From: Utricularia gibba
Lineage: Eukaryota > Plantae > Magnoliophyta
Direction: 5' to 3'
Assembly (NCBI GenBank): GCA_002189035.1
Contig: NEEC01000020.1
Location: 558,001-622,000, forward strand
Length of the DNA: 64,000 bases
Below are positions 50,501-64,000 of this stretch, piece after piece. The notes below the pieces were generated by a model. The model had not been told where the DNA came from, made no database searches, and saw nothing but the letters and a program-made list of their open reading frames with translations. Position 1 is the first letter of the stretch, and the number at the start of each line of letters is the position of its first letter. A program made the position numbers and the translations under genes.

Positions 50501-53500
50501 CTAGGGGATGGGAGAGTTCAGCCCTTCTTGAGAAGATAAAGGGTGGAGGTTGTGGTACCTTCTGGAGGAAACTGATGGCCGTCTCCTGAATGAAGGTTGC
50601 TGCTTGAATCGGTGCAGCACTTGTTTGGCGTATAGCGACTGGAAAACAGGGCCGGCCTTCTCCCGGAGCTTGAGAGTGATGAAGAACACAAGGCGGTAGC
50701 ATATGATCAGTGCATACAACGCAGACAGATCCCACCATTTGGAATGATCAATGGGTAGCTTGAACGTCTTTGTGACCACATCCTCGCCAGTTATTTTCGG
50801 ATTCCCAGGCACCAAAGGATCGAAAACCAGTCCAAGCATGTCATTTTTGAATCCTCCCTATGGAAACCAGATTGAAAGCAATCAGGATGGACCATGGCGA
50901 CAACAAGGGCGGCCATAAACTTACCTGCAGTGCCCATGAACCGAAGCCGATATACGACATGGGGTAGCGCCAGAACAGCTTTGGGAGGTCGGAGAGGAAC
51001 CGGTAGTAACCGGCTGTCAGCATCATGATCCCCTTGTGTTGCATCATGCAATAAGATGAGGTAAGGGACTCTGCTGATTCTCAGTTTATTAACAGATGGT
51101 GCATTGAAATTTACTTACAAGAACTCCAGCCCCAGCTATGATTCCCATCAGGAAGTTAGGGACAAGTGAAGCCACGATCATCATCACACTCTCCACCATA
51201 GCAATGCATCCGAACAGATTCAGGCAAAAGAAGATGTAGTGTGAGAACTCAGTTCGGAATTTCACCATGTAGAATGTTATGGTTCCAGCCAGCATCGCCA
51301 CGGCAACCAAAAATGGAAAAGAAGAGAGGAAGTTTGAGATGATAAAGGTGGAAACACCATAGTATCCATTGTGTCTCTCCCGGTAAAACACCTGCTTTCC
51401 ACAAAATGAAGGTTAGTCTTCCATCATCATAACACAAGTCACTTGTTCCTTTGCAGTGTCCTTGTTACCTTCATCTCTTCGATGAAAGATGGAAACCCTC
51501 CAATCGACATGAAGGTCATGAAGCCTGTAACAAAACCAGCACAAGCTCCCCTAGCCAGAATTGAGGAGTAACTGGTTCCAACATCATAGAACAGTGTTCC
51601 AACGCATATGGCTACCATGATGTATATGACTACTCTGGACCAGTAGTATCCAACATCCCTATTCATATTTATGAATGATCTTTGTGTTAATGTCACTAGC
51701 TGCTGCGGCCAACTTGCTCGGCTCCCCTTGATCCAATCTAGGTCCAGCATCCGCTGCACAATTCGCTTATACTTCAGAGAGAAGTTGAATTGATCCGAAC
51801 AAATTGTTTGATTTGACTTACAACTTCAGATGCTTCTTTCATCTTCAATCTTCTGTTTCTAGCATAATCTGAGTGCCTGTAGCTATCAACAAGAATAGAC
51901 TTGATATTTGTTGTGTTTAAACTCATTACAGGATCAACAGTTTCTTCTTTGTCCTGTCATGAATCACATGTCAAAGCCCATGGAGACTTACTTCTTCATG
52001 CCCTGGTGAAGAAAACACAAACATTGCAAGTATTCGTTCATACATGGAGCCTTAGGGAGCCTTTCAATGTGGCCGTCACGATATCGAAGTCCAAGTTGAT
52101 GCAGCGGAGGAAATGATCTGACGGGTTTCTTCTACTTGAGCATGGAAACCCTGCTTCTGCAAAAAACTAAAGATTTTGCATAGTCAGTGGATTTTCGTTA
52201 GAACAAGGTCTCCAAGGTAACTAAGTTCAGACATTGCCTTTGTTGCTTGTTTGGCTTCACCAAAGTATACTGTTTCACCCCCAGACAGCAAACACAGGTC
52301 ATCAAACAAAGCAAAAACTTCACTACTCGGCTGATGGATGGAGGAGATGACAGTTCTTCCATCTCGTGCAAGATTCTTAATAGACTGGACAACAAAGAAT
52401 GCTGATGCACTATCAAGTCCGCTGGTAGGCTCATCCAGAAACATCAGGTGAGGCCGTGTTAGAATCTCAAGAGCAATGCTCAATCTCTTCTTTTCTCCAC
52501 CACTGATACCTCTACGCTGCCAGTTTCCCACCAGGCGATCGGCGCAATCAAGAAGCCCCATCTCCATGATGGATCCCTCGACAATGCTATTTATCCCCAT
52601 TTTGGTCATGGAACGAGGAAGCCTCAGATGAGCAGAGTATGTCAAGGTTTCTCTGATGGTAAGAGTTCCCAATAGTACATCCTCTTGTGTCACATATGCC
52701 TGAACACATCATTCACATTGCCCATGTCAACCAATAGATGAAATGAAACACTCTGATCCAACAACGGTCTGAAGTGATTCAGGTTTGAAGCGAATGAACT
52801 TGTGACATATCTTGGAACATCATCACAAGGAGCATAACTGAAATGTAGTGAGTTACTTACAACAACACCGTAGTCCAAACTCTGCTTCCTCCCATTGAGA
52901 AGAACATTCCCAGTCATGACAGTGTTTCTTGATAATCTACCTGCAGAAATCAATGAGAAATAATCGACAATGATCTTCCTAAGAACATCATGTTTACACT
53001 TTCTCTTTTAACCTTGGTTTGGTTGTTCATACACTCCCCACACATCATACCTCCATATTTCAACCATTTGATTAGACTGTGATCCATTGGGTTCCCAGTA
53101 AATGCATAGTATCAACTTCAGTGGCGACCAATTTAGAGCACTTCCACTGAGAACCAGAAACCTCACAAATTTTGGTAGCTATTCTACCACCTTACACGGA
53201 TTAGAAAAGAGCAGAGTGAGGTCACCAAGCCCTACATGCAATTCAATAACCCCAGTATTATGGGCATCTCCATGTTCGGTATCACTATCCCCACTAGCCA
53301 CTAGCCTTGATAACAAGGCACTGAAATCCATTAATCTTTTGAATGAAATAACCACCACCCCAAATAACCCCACAGCAACTAGAATATCAATCTGTGTACG
53401 TAGAGCTTTTGTACTTAAAAGAATGAATAATCATACAGCCGTAAAAGTTGCATTCTGGTAGTTCTTTTTAATAGACTCGAGGATGACATTAAAAACAGTG

Positions 53501-53870
53501 AAGCCAAGCCAACATATTTCATCAAGTGTTAGGGAGGCGACATTAAAGGGTGAGGTTCAAAACGAGTTCAAGTGGCCGAGACACTAGGAAAGGAAGAAAA
53601 ACCTGCCAAAGCATCAAGAAGGGTTGATTTCCCTGACCCGGATGGACCCATCACAGCCATGATCCGACCCGGTTCGGCATACCCGTTTAGCCCATTCAGC
53701 AGCTTCCTTGCCGGCCCATGCCCGAAATTGGGCAGCACCACCGTCAATTCCTCCCACACCAGATACGCCTCCCCGCTTCTTCTATCCTCAAACCCCACCG
53801 CCGCCCCATCCCGACTTCCTGTAGCCGCCGCCAACACCGAGCTACTCCCTCCTGCAACCTCGATTTCCAT
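50501..53870 (-). CDS. ABCG: ABCG half-size transporter (WBC; ABCG11/12/15 clade), multi-exon
   Basis: [15 protein letters not shown], Walker A GPSGSGKS, signature ISGGEKKR, Walker [15 protein letters not shown] exons ([23 protein letters not shown]) and C-terminus [12 protein letters not shown]. Confidence 0.95.
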
Positions 53871-55204
53871 TCGATTCAAAAAAAAAACTCGACTCGAAGT
53901 GAAGAAGGCAATGGAGAAGAAATCGAGTAAAGATGAGGAAGAACTAAATGAAGGCGACTTGGGGGGTCCAGGAAATGGTTTGCCGTAGCACTCATGCTGT
54001 AACTGATTCTCTTAGATTTCAGGGAAGCTCCTAAAATGGAGAAAGGGACAGAACTTACCGTCGGCATCAAAGCGGAGAAAGCATCAATCGACGTCCAGCC
54101 TCCATATCCACGACTGTACACAATTAATTGGCGATTGCGCCATTTTCTTTTCTTCACGCAGAAACTGCCGGTGAAGCCGACACATCCGCCGTCCTGTTAA
54201 CCGCCGCCTCGATAAACTGCCATTTCATACCTTTTGTTGCTTCTGATACGTCCGTGAGCAGCCTCTGCAATTGCCCCATTACCCTTTTTTATTTTATTTT
54301 AGACTTTATACCAGAACAAAACAATATTATAGAACGAATAAAAATATATTTAAATAAAAGAATCATTTTAATTTTTTAAATATCTATTTTTTTGAAAGAG
54401 AAAGAATTAAATGATTGAAAATGCAATGCACCCGTAACAAATCGCAACCTTTGTGTCTCGATAATGACAAAATGTCATTTTATGGAACGATTGTCTTTTC
54501 ATGATTCAACATGTTAGACTTGTAATGAGTTTTTAAAAAATATTCGATACATAACATATATCAAAACTGTTTGAAAATTATGCTTCTTGAATATAAAAAT
54601 ATTGAGTATATATCATGAATTACACTCTATTTATACCATATTGTAAAGTAATCATCATAATGATATTATTTTACTATTAAAAAAGAATTGTTTTTCTATG
54701 TACAAAAAACTATTCTAAATTTCTGTTTTTTATTCAAAAATTTAGATTTAATTTTGCATAAAAAGAAATTATTCCAAACAAACCCACAGAAAATATGATA
54801 TTTTTCATATTTTATCATTTAAATAGAACGATGAACGCTCCTAGATTAGAAATTCGTAACAACCATTTGGGTTAGGAAAATCAAGCCCTCTAACGAAAGA
54901 AGTCAAATCATTTAAGTGTGAAGGGAGCGCTTGATTTTTTTAGATTGTTTTTGTACCTTTTAAAGATTTTTTACATTGTTTTTGTACATTTCAAAGAAAA
55001 AAATTTCGATTTGGAATAATTTTGAATTTAAATTTTTTTTTACAACGATCATGAAATTTCCATTTATCAAATTGACACCATTTCGATGATGATATTTAAT
55101 TGTTTTGTGTTTTTAAGGTATGTATTTGTGTTCTTATGATGCAAAGATCTCCAATTCACTCATGAGGTCAAGAGAGCTATTAAGAAAAATCGAAGAAAAG
55201 TAAT

Positions 55205-55460
55205 GAAATATACACAACACCTAACATCTACTTCTCACTTGTAGTGTAATTCCTTTGAATACTATCCAATGTTTTGGATGCATATCTTATAGCTGTATCT
55301 TTTCTACAAAGTTTCTAACCCAGCATAGCTTCTACTGCTTAATTGGAAGTATCAATCATAACATGGAATGAAGCATTCCAATTCGGCGCTTGTATGATAG
55401 GAGCTGAAGTGGTGGCCATTTTGAGAGTATCAAAAATGTGTTTACATTCATCTGCAAAAA
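55205..55460 (-). mobile_element. Degraded Ty3/Gypsy RT-connection/RNase H fragment
   Basis: FDTLKMATTSAPIIQAPNWNASFHVMIDTSN*AVEAMLG*K..RYASKTLDSIQRNYTTSEK*MLGVVY matches the Gypsy pattern DAS..A.GA.LGQ..YAS+TL..AQ.NYTT.EKE.LA.V, with three stops. Confidence 0.85.
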
Positions 55461-56169
55461 CTAACTAAAATCATCTAAAACACTGAGTATTTGCTTATGC
55501 TCCTATGCATATTTAAGTGAGCCAACAATATCTTCAGTTAAAACCACTTTTAGGTTTAAAATTAAATTAGTTTAATATAAAACTCTTTACAAAAATAAAG
55601 AAATTAAAATCATCTAAAACTTCATTTATTTAAGTAATCGAACATAAATTTTGTTAGTATTCTCAATTATACTATCTAAGCGAACATAAACGATTTTAAT
55701 TGAATCTAACACAATTTGAACATGAATTATTTGTTTGCTATAACATCCCTATTCTCAACACATTGGACAATAAAAAATTTCGGCATGAACCCTAAAAAAT
55801 TCGTCTTCTACCATTTGCTTTGTGACAATGTTTATTGATAGTAGGTAATTTTTATTTCTATCTCTTTTTTTAAATTGCATTTTTTTATGGAGTGTGCAAG
55901 ATATTTATTCAAATATGTGATACCAGTCCAAAAGATTAGGTAGCCATCCCTTCACTTCATTCTTTGCCCCTAACTTTTCAAATATTATATAGAAATTTTT
56001 CTAAAATTTTTTGACATTTCGTAGTGAATTTTTCAAAAAAAAAAAAGATGCTATAGAAAATCACATATTACAAAATTTTTCAGAATTATTTACACGACAT
56101 AGCAAATTTTGTTAAAGTGAAATTACAAAATACATATTACAATATTTTTCTAGAATTATTCGCACAATA

Positions 56170-56910
56170 TTATGAGTTTTGTAATGTGCCTCGTTAAAGT
56201 ATAATTTTGTTGAAAAAAACATAAACTTTTCATAATATAGATTTTGGTCCTTAACACTATATAAGAAGATGGGGTGATGAAATTAAACCTTGTATCACAA
56301 AATGGCAGAAAGTCAAAGCTATACGGTGCCCGGAGAGTTCTTCAACTGCCCCATATGATGCGAGGGCCCCATGAGGGGCCGGGCCATCTTCTCGGTCAGA
56401 AATTTATATTTTTTTAATATTTTTTTTGAAAGTGTGGTGAGGGTCATATACTGTGTGAGGCCTACTCCACATCTTGTGGTAAGCGGCCCACGGCAAAATG
56501 GGCACGCGTTGATTCTGTGTGAGCAGGCCTCACACAAGAAATATACTCACCCTGTGTGCAATTTTTTGTGCTTGGTGTGTGAGAGATAAATGGACAGTGG
56601 GTATTTTTAAAAATGACTCGATCCTCGTCACACTTTCAAAAAAAAAAATTGATAATTTATAATAATATTAAATAAAAAAATGTAAATTTCTTACTGAGAT
56701 AGTGACCCCCTCATGGGGCCCTCCCAGCAGATAGGACAATTGAATAATTCTGCTGGTACTAGATAATTTTCACGCCATTTTGTGATATATGATTTAATTT
56801 CATCACCCCATTTTTTATATAAAGTTGAGGAGCAAAATATATATTATGAAAAGTTTATGTTTTTTGAACAACATTACACTTTAGTCATGCATATTACAAA
56901 GTGCATAATT
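56170..56910. mobile_element. Foldback / long-TIR non-autonomous element
   Basis: Arms ~56170-56447 and ~56620-56910 are reverse complements (cataaacttttcataatata, atggggtgatgaaattaaa, gagggccccatgagggg, ttttgaaagtgtg). Spacer ~170 bp. No clear TSD seen. Confidence 0.7.
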
Positions 56911-58185
56911 AGTTGACTGCTACAGTGAAATTAGATTAGTAATTTGTATGTGAATTATGTATATATTTTTTATTTTTTAGTAAAATTTATTACTAAATAT
57001 TGCATCCGTTTCCACAATTTAAGGATATGGAAAAAAAATATATACACAACAATAAATACGCATACGACACTCGACACAATCCTAACCATCCATCATTATT
57101 TTTTTGACTAGGAAATATATATTTTATAAATATAAAAGATTATTACAAGTGGTAAAAACATACTATGTGCAGAACACTTAGAATTAATAAATATATATGT
57201 GACGAACAAAATAATAAATATGAAAAAAATTAAGTAATTGCTAACAGTCAAATTGTAATAATCAGAATGCAATAATTTGGGAAATGTACATCTATCTCCA
57301 CTCAAATTTGAGAGATTCCTGTCTCCTAAAAACACTTTGTCATTTGGTCATCTCAAAAATATCCAATTAAAAAAATCATTATTCATTTAATTACTTTGAC
57401 ATGTCACCATATTTAGGACATTTCCAGAAATGCAGTTATCTAGGAGAGTCAAGCAGTTTCTACATAGAAACTAACTCAATAAACTAAGGGTTTGTATGTT
57501 GCTTACTTACCTAAGTAGCACCCAAAAAATAAAAAGGATACCTATTATTATTTTCATTTTTGCATTCTTTAAGAACTACTATAATTTCAAAGAGTGATAC
57601 AATTTCAAGATAAAAGAAAATATTTACTAATCAAGTATTAATTCGATTGAAATCATAGATAATACAAGAATATCTACACTCAACATATCGTGCATAATTT
57701 CACACATCATTTCAACCAAACTAAGGTAAAGAAGATGTGCTACTGAACTTATCCATACATTGTCCAACGACACAATGAGATTATATTAGCTATGAGACCA
57801 ATTTCTCTACCGTACTAATTGAACGAGGTAAATAATCTAGCGTATAAAGTTTTCTCAAAACATTTAAAATGAGCATCCTTGTGTGTAAACTTATATGCGC
57901 GATAATCATTACATGCTCGAGCCCTATATTTTCAAATGGGATATTGAATGTTAAAGCATAGCCACCATTGAGTGGTAAATATAAAATATTATTATAATTT
58001 ATAATAGCATGCAGCATACATTATGAAATTCGTAACAACCAGTTGGGCCGGGGAAATCAAGCCCTGTAACGAAAGAAAATTATTCTAATAACATATCCTG
58101 CCCATTATTTACCCACCAGACATTTAGGCAATCGTCTCTGGCGGAGTGGATAAATCGGCGGCCGGTGAGATCCTCTTACCGGAAA

Positions 58186-59083
58186 ATGCGTCTCCATGAG
58201 GCCATGTTGCTGCTCGGATTCCCCGGAGAATGCGTTCCCACTCGATCGGAGGTGTTCCTTTTTTTCTTCGCCCTGTTCTCCCCTTTTCTCCGTTCGTGGC
58301 CGATTCACCGAACTAGATTGGGCAATTGTTGCAGCTGAAAGCTGCGTACCGGAGGCTGGCTGGCGAAACGCATCCCGATAGGTTTCCTGCTCACCAGAAG
58401 GCGGCGGCGGAACGCAAATTCAAATTGGTAAGCCCTAGCGGAAGCTGCTAGAAGTTCCTTTATTATGAAATGCGAGAATTCATTGTGTCGGCTGAGCTTT
58501 CTCTGTGCTTTCTCGTGTAGATTTCTGAAGCTTACACTTTGTTGTGCTCTGGTGAGTGATCAATTGATGTGTTTCTTCTTCTGTAATCATCAATCCCTAG
58601 AATTGATTCATCGTCCTCTTGGGGTGCATCAATATGGTAGAGTTCTAAGCCAAAACCAGGGAGCAGTCCTTAAAACTGGTGTTCCTGCTCTAGTCATTAG
58701 CTTTCAGTTCGTATCTGCAGTACTCAGGGTGTGTGTCCATTGCAGGAGCAAGGGTGAGAGTTGTCCCACATATGGGTAAGTGTTTCTTCAACCGGGCTGC
58801 CAAATAAAGGCAATCATCTGAATCCACATGAAACCTGGACTTGCAGTTCCGGGGAGACGAAGACTCTTCGTGATGAGTGGGAGTATGGTCAAAGCCTCAG
58901 TTCCTTTTATTTTCCTGGTCATGGGCGCAGTTACACTGGGTGGGTCGACTGCAGCTAGGTCCGTATGCTCCAATCCAAGTGTGCTTTATGTTATGGGTCA
59001 TCTCTCATTGCTTCACTTCATGGAACAGGGCTTATGCGAAGCAGAAGGAAGCAAACTCTTCTTACAATCCCTTTCTTCCTTGA
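58186..59083 (+). CDS. Small J-domain (DnaJ) protein, multi-exon
   Basis: MRLHEAMLLLGFP..|LKAAYRRLAGETHPDRFP..AERKFKL|ISEAYTLL, then a hydrophobic exon (VPFIFLVMGAVTLGG) and last exon AYAKQKEANSSYNPFLP*. Confidence 0.85.
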
Positions 59084-59501
59084 CTTCATGGAAGCCAGAA
59101 AAGGCATGCCAGGTATCATATGTACTGACTGATACACAAACAAAAGATGCCTCTTGACCCTCGTGGTGCTTCTGAACACACGAGCGTTGGATGTGCATCC
59201 TTTGACAACAAACACTTGTTACCTGTTCTTGAGAGTGCATTTATTTAACAATGCTTATAATGTTGGTGCTTTCTGTTGGTAGTGGCATTGCCTTCACTTA
59301 CTTTAGGGATCCCTTTGATGAACAACGCGAACTCGCCATTGAATATTTAGACTTCCAGTACCTGAAAGTTTAAAAGAGTAAAAAAAATATGGAAATATTC
59401 CCGGTGCTTGATCTTCCAGTGTCCCCCTGAAGGACGCAAGGAACGACAGTGATACGCCATTTACGTGTATAATCAAGGAAAGTGGCGAATTAAAAGAAAG
59501 G

Positions 59502-59645
59502 TGATATGAGCCACATGAGGATCGCCGTTCCTCTTAGTATCAAGAGAAACGGACTTGGAAGACTAAGCGGCTGGGTTCTCTGTAGCTTATGAATTTAGTT
59601 AAGTGCAGCGCATAGGAAACAACAGCACTGGACCGTCCATAAGCA
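59502..59645 (-). ncRNA. Candidate box H/ACA snoRNA
   Basis: Hairpin 1 GCUUAUGGA/UUCAUAAGC with a pocket. H box AGAGAA. Hairpin 2 AGCCGC/GUGGCU with upper stem CCGUUUCUCUU/AAGAGGAACGG. Terminal AUA plus 3 nt. Target not assigned. Confidence 0.65.
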
Positions 59646-59673
59646 CAAAAATGAAGCTAAAACAAAAAGAAAA

Positions 59674-59755
59674 GCCTCAGAATTGCAGAATTATCATCAC
59701 TGGGATTCAGTCCCGAAAGATGGTGTAATTTATACAGATTTCCTCATCGGCCGGC
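59674..59755 (-). ncRNA. Box C/D snoRNA, snoR39BY/SNORD96-like
   Basis: GAUGA box C core, D' CUGA, C' UGAUGA, D CUGA and a GCC/GGC stem. Guide ACACCAUCUUUCGGG is antisense to 25S CCCGAAAGAUGGUG. Guide AUUCUGCAAUU is antisense to 5.8S AAUUGCAGAAU. The D+5 rule selects a G in each target. Confidence 0.88.
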
Positions 59756-59866
59756 AGAAACGAAGAATCGAAAAGAAAATTACTGCGAGAAGACAACCCT
59801 AACCTCGGCGACGACGATCGGAGTGAAACTGAAAAACGAGTCGCCATCGACCTTTCAGTATTTTTC

Positions 59867-60567
<701 letters not shown>

Positions 60568-60817
60568 GGTCTGCAACTGGTTTCCCTTCTGAGAATTTCC
60601 AATGACTTTAAGCTTATTGTCAGTTTGCACATCTGGATTTTGATTGCTGTATGGTTCTTATGCATCTATATTTCGGATTTCCGGTTATTGATTCAGTCTG
60701 ATTACAATAACAGCGTAAGAGTGCATCATCTGTCTTCAAATGGTTAGAGGGGTTAAGTTATCAGTAGGAATTCATCTACTAGCTCTGTTTATTGAGCAAC
60801 TCCTGCAACACTTTCTG

Positions 60818-62470
60818 TTACTCCACTTTGCCTCTGCACAAATTCACAAGCGTAAGCTTCATTAAATGTCATGAACCATCCTGGGGAAGATGGCTGGTTC
60901 TTACCTCACAACTGCGATTGGAAACATCCTGGGGAAGGCTTTGTACTTAGCTCTGGTGAGACATACATAAGCCCCATAGCATGGGAAATGAATCAAAACC
61001 ATTGCCAGGTACCTGATAATCCCCACAAAGTTGCTTTTTTTAAAGTGATATTCGATTCATCCGTGTTTAAAAATGGTGTACTCGAAGCTTACCATAGGGG
61101 TGCCCATGGGGTAGAAAGTTTGAGAAAAGGATATGGCCACCTGCAGTATGGGCAAATTCTGTATATGAGCACTCTAGCTTGTTTGAAGTTCAATTTGCAG
61201 GTGGTAAGCCATGAACCAACCATGTCATGCAACAAGCATGAAGAATCCATTGGAAGATGACGTAGGTAAAGCCCCATACAAGGAAGTATGTTACTCCGAA
61301 CCAGTCACAAGGCTGCAAGGTATGCAAGGGCAAGTAGTCACTTGTGCATAGAAGGCAAGAAACTTGATGATATTCAGATGGAAATATGCACCCTACCAGG
61401 CAATTCAGTGCCGAGTCGATTATGAGAACAACAGCGTTGATGGAGTGCATGTATTTCATCATCTGCAAGTGGAAAAATAGAAGATTGTTTGTACTGACTT
61501 GGGAAGTTTTCTCTGAACTGGATGTGAATGTGAGCTAACCGGTGTTAGCTCGTAGGTTTCATCGACCATGAATGGAAGCAAGAGGCCCCAGAACACAATG
61601 TCAGTGAGCATCACAGCTCCTGCGCAGGTCTACACAACAAAGACAATGAAGAAACAGACGGTCCCCAGTTCCTACACACTAGACTTCAACCATTCTGCAC
61701 CAGTAAATGAACTAGTAGCTAACCTGATAAACTGGCAGCATCACATTATCCAGAAACCCTAGCTGCTGAGCTGCGTTGGCGTCGTGGAGAAGATCCAGCT
61801 TGACAAAACCGTTTCGTTTTTCCCCTCCGAGAGCCATAGCTGAGCCATTGTAATGCTCACCGAGGCGCCGATCATGGATCCTGCAGCCTCCTGCTGATGC
61901 AATGGTTGCAAGCTGAACAGCAGGACAGCATTAGCATAAAGAAACACCCCTCCGTTGCGTGCAAATACTGCCACATTTACCAGGAAATAGAATGTGACCA
62001 GCAAGAAAGTCCACCTGGAGTACAGGATGCAGGCAGGCTAAGCATTACAGAACACAAGTGCATCCTGATCTACTGGTTGACTTGTTCGAAGAGCAATCGG
62101 ATCGCAGTAGAATCATCAAGCGATGGTGAAATTGAAGCGCTACTAGGTTTAATCGAACGTACTGCGTGTAGAAGAAGAAGGCGATCAATCCGTAGAAGGC
62201 TGAAATACGGTACATCGAGTAAGCCATCAGGAGGAACGCGGAAGCGCGATAGAACAGAAGCCATCGCGGATGGAGATTTTTCCAACACGTTGCCCAGAGA
62301 TCGGAGGTCCTGCGAGGCCTGTGTCCGCCGCCGCCACTGCTACTCTTCTTGCTGAGAACAGAAACGGCTATCGCCGCCGGGAGTGCGATAATGAGAGCGC
62401 AGAGGAGCACCTGCCACTGCAACCAGTAACCTAATCCCTGCGGCGGCGCGTGAGCTTGGGGATTGGGCAT
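60818..62470 (-). CDS. Uncharacterised conserved plant multi-pass membrane protein, multi-exon
   Basis: Exons encode YWLQWQVLLCAL, LWATCWKNLHPRWLLFYR, FYTQ|WTFLLV, YQ|TCAGAVMLTDIVFW, MHSINAV, WPYPFLKLSTPWAPLW and KAFPRMFP. Confidence 0.85.
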
Positions 62471-63388
62471 TCTGAACCAAGCCCCCACGCTACCAGCCTG
62501 GGTCAATGCCCAACAGACACCTCACGAACGTGACGTTGTGCATGGTGAATAGCTGGCTTTAAATACAATATGAAATCATTACTTTTTTATTTTATTTTTA
62601 TTATTTTAAAAAGGTCAACAAGCATGAAAAGTTTCTTTTTTTAATCAATTGAAAATAATCTTTTCAAGGAAAATGCATGAGTTGTGCCAAAAAAAAAATT
62701 CTATATTTATTAAATATAATATTTTTTTGCAAAAAAAAATAATTATTTTTGACATTAAAAAATAAAAAATACATAATTTTGAATATAAAAATTAAATGAA
62801 ATCTAGATCCAAAAATCTAAGATTCCACAAAACAACTCAAAAATAATGTATCATTAATTTCTTCATGCTCATACAATTAATAATGAATAAAATATTCATT
62901 CATATCAATTTAAATAATAAATGTATAGATATTTTTTATTAATAATGATTGGAATTCATAAATTATATATTTTTTAATAATTCTAGTGATAAACATTTGA
63001 TTTATTTAATTGTTTAGTAGTTACTCAATTGCAAATAATCTATAATGCAGCGTATTAAATACAATAATATTTTATTATAACAACATAATATAAATTTATA
63101 TAAATATAAATAATTAAAATATGTTATTACTGAAACAATTTATTCAGAAACTATTATCACCTCTATAAAACTCAAATAATTTTCAAGGTGGGGGTAAGCT
63201 ATGCAATGCACCCCTATGAACTCAAATTTATATATTATATTTTAAATTAAAAAATTAATACTTAAAATAACCAATTTTCTGACACAAATATCACATGACC
63301 TCAACTTTTCTAAATCATCCCAAGTTTCTACACATGGCTTGGTTATTACAACACCTCAAAAAAGTCGTGTCACCCCCACGCGCCACCG

Positions 63389-63971
63389 TCAAATACTGCT
63401 CCCACCACCAGTCACGCCGGCGCCGGACGTCGAGGGCCCATCGCCTCTCCGTTCACCCAATCTCGGGCTGCCGTACGCCATCTCCGGGAACCGGAGCACG
63501 TCTTTGCTGGGGGTGTTGGAGGAGCTCGTCACCCGAGGACTGGAAAGGTGCTTCACCTCGCCACGGCTTCTGGTGATCATCCCATCCAGCACCTCAGCGT
63601 CGTGCGCGAACCTTTCCATGACTGCAACTCCCATGTCCTGAATCGGATTCAAAATCAAGTCAGTGGAGAGGGAGATGGCGGTTTCTTCCACAGTTTGTCG
63701 TACCATGGCGTTGCTGTAAGCCACTGCTGGTGCTTCTTCGTATTCTGCTGCATCCAGCTCCTGGAGATGGACTCCTTTGAAGAACTTGGGCAGAATGTAT
63801 TGCCTGACCGGAACTAGAAGCATGATGAGAAGAGGGAAGAGGACTCCGGCGATCGGAATCCAGGTTATCCCGAAGCAAAGAAGCAGATACACTGTCTGGA
63901 ACAAGGTGAACAATGCGATTGTCTTGAAGGGCACTGTCTCGATGAAGGTGGCGTGGTACTCTTCCAATACC
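63389..63971 (-). CDS. BOR: Boron transporter (BOR, SLC4-like) 3' end; the gene continues beyond the window
   Basis: [66 protein letters not shown] 66-nt intron at 63638-63703. Confidence 0.93.
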
Positions 63972-64000
63972 CTGCAAGATAAAGGATGAAGGAGATGAGT

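Noticed and set aside
57790-58017. 75-aa minus-strand ORF (..YLPLNGGYALTFNIPFENIGLEH..)
   Set aside because: No recognisable motif, splice context or second copy. It may be a TE relic, but I cannot support that by eye.
63480-63780. Apparent loss of the BOR1 ubiquitination lysine (SSPR instead of SSPK)
   Set aside because: By my recollection of AtBOR1 numbering, the K590 equivalent is the Lys in FFKG, which is retained.

Overview
Gene-dense flowering-plant nuclear DNA with short GT-AG introns and AT-rich intergenic tracts. In order, the recognisable genes are: a GBF-type bZIP; two head-to-head class III (GH18) chitinases, the second broken by an ~41-nt deletion; a YSL metal-chelate transporter plus three relics of it; RPP1; an LSU protein; a GNAT acetyltransferase; a UBA2-type RRM protein; a UBA-domain protein; an NHL/LEA_2 protein; a collapsed CDPK relic; a DUF604 glycosyltransferase; TRAUCO/ASH2R; an ABCG half-transporter; a Gypsy pol relic and a foldback element; a small J-domain gene; a snoRNA cluster head-to-head with ubiquitin-RPS27a; an uncharacterised membrane protein; and the 3' end of a BOR transporter. 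The main discovery is in the apparently empty AT-rich 9.9-28.3 kb region. It is an array of 7 diverged repeat units interleaved with YSL. Each unit carries a TATA-like box, a short non-coding first exon, an intron and a ~40-codon ORF for a single-pass membrane micropeptide ending G/D-Q/H-A/E-E-G*. Four copies are intact, two carry a single nonsense codon, and one is frameshifted and inverted. All fall below the 60-aa cut-off of the ORF track. I do not recognise the family, and its expression and function are untested. All translations and alignments were done by eye, and repeat boundaries are approximate.
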